Source: an uncultured Clostridia bacterium
GTDB taxonomy: Bacteria; Bacillota; Clostridia; Oscillospirales; Ruminococcaceae
NCBI GenBank assembly: GCA_948465665.1
Contig: CAOJXI010000001.1
Coordinates: 1 to 44,535, forward strand
Direction: 5' to 3'
DNA: 44,535 bases
Under the pieces are notes generated by a model. That model saw only the letters and a program-made list of their open reading frames with translations, searched no databases and was not told the DNA's origin. Both the position numbers and the translations under genes were made by a program. Below are positions 44,526 to 44,535 of the stretch, piece after piece. Every line of letters starts with the position of its first letter. Position 1 is the stretch's first letter.

Positions 44526-44535
44526 GGTAAGCGCC

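Overview
The window is 44.5 kb of chromosomal DNA. Gene content, GGAGG-type ribosome-binding sites and frequent extended -10 (TGnTAnnnT) promoters point to a Clostridia-type Firmicute, probably a gut anaerobe. No tRNA, rRNA or CRISPR array was found.

Conventional content:
- A complete arginine biosynthesis cluster, argG-argH-argC-(cupin)-argJ-argB-argD-argF, at 24.7-33.2 kb.
- A feoA-feoA-feoB operon with a small Cys-rich partner gene, at 40.4-43.4 kb.
- A class B sortase followed by a 2587-aa surface protein, at 10.7-20.0 kb.
- Two translationally coupled ~900-aa PcRGLX/YetA-like (PL26-like) paralogs, at 3.0-8.4 kb.
- Two tandem radical-SAM paralogs divergent from an HxlR regulator.
- A sigma/anti-sigma pair, a nitroreductase, DUF362 and DUF2325 proteins, two XRE regulators and an orphan RelB/DinJ antitoxin.

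Unusual content:
1. A four-unit tandem array at 20.2-21.5 kb, plus a fifth inverted unit at 44.1-44.5 kb. Each unit encodes a 26-27 aa hydrophobic, lysine-tailed peptide behind a structured leader, with a convergent promoter/terminator-defined antisense small RNA. This is type I toxin-antitoxin architecture, and it also shows covarying 5'-3' end pairing.
2. A low-GC islet at 21.5-23.7 kb. A small serine recombinase sits next to two 26-bp hix-like sites in inverted orientation with matching GT cores. The sites bracket a ~125-bp promoter-bearing segment, so this is a candidate phase-variable switch for a three-gene membrane-protein operon.
3. A 420-470 nt mosaic, highly structured repeat present four times (57-244, 2493-2964, 9040-9158, 40031-40445). 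I cannot assign it to a known RNA or mobile-element family.
4. Nested palindromic MITE-like elements at 9703-9976, 25934-26096 and 43123-43172.
5. A recurring GTTAGC-N4-GCTAAC operator that links the feo operon to the DUF2325 gene.

All functional calls come from reading the translated ORFs and motifs by eye. No database search was run.
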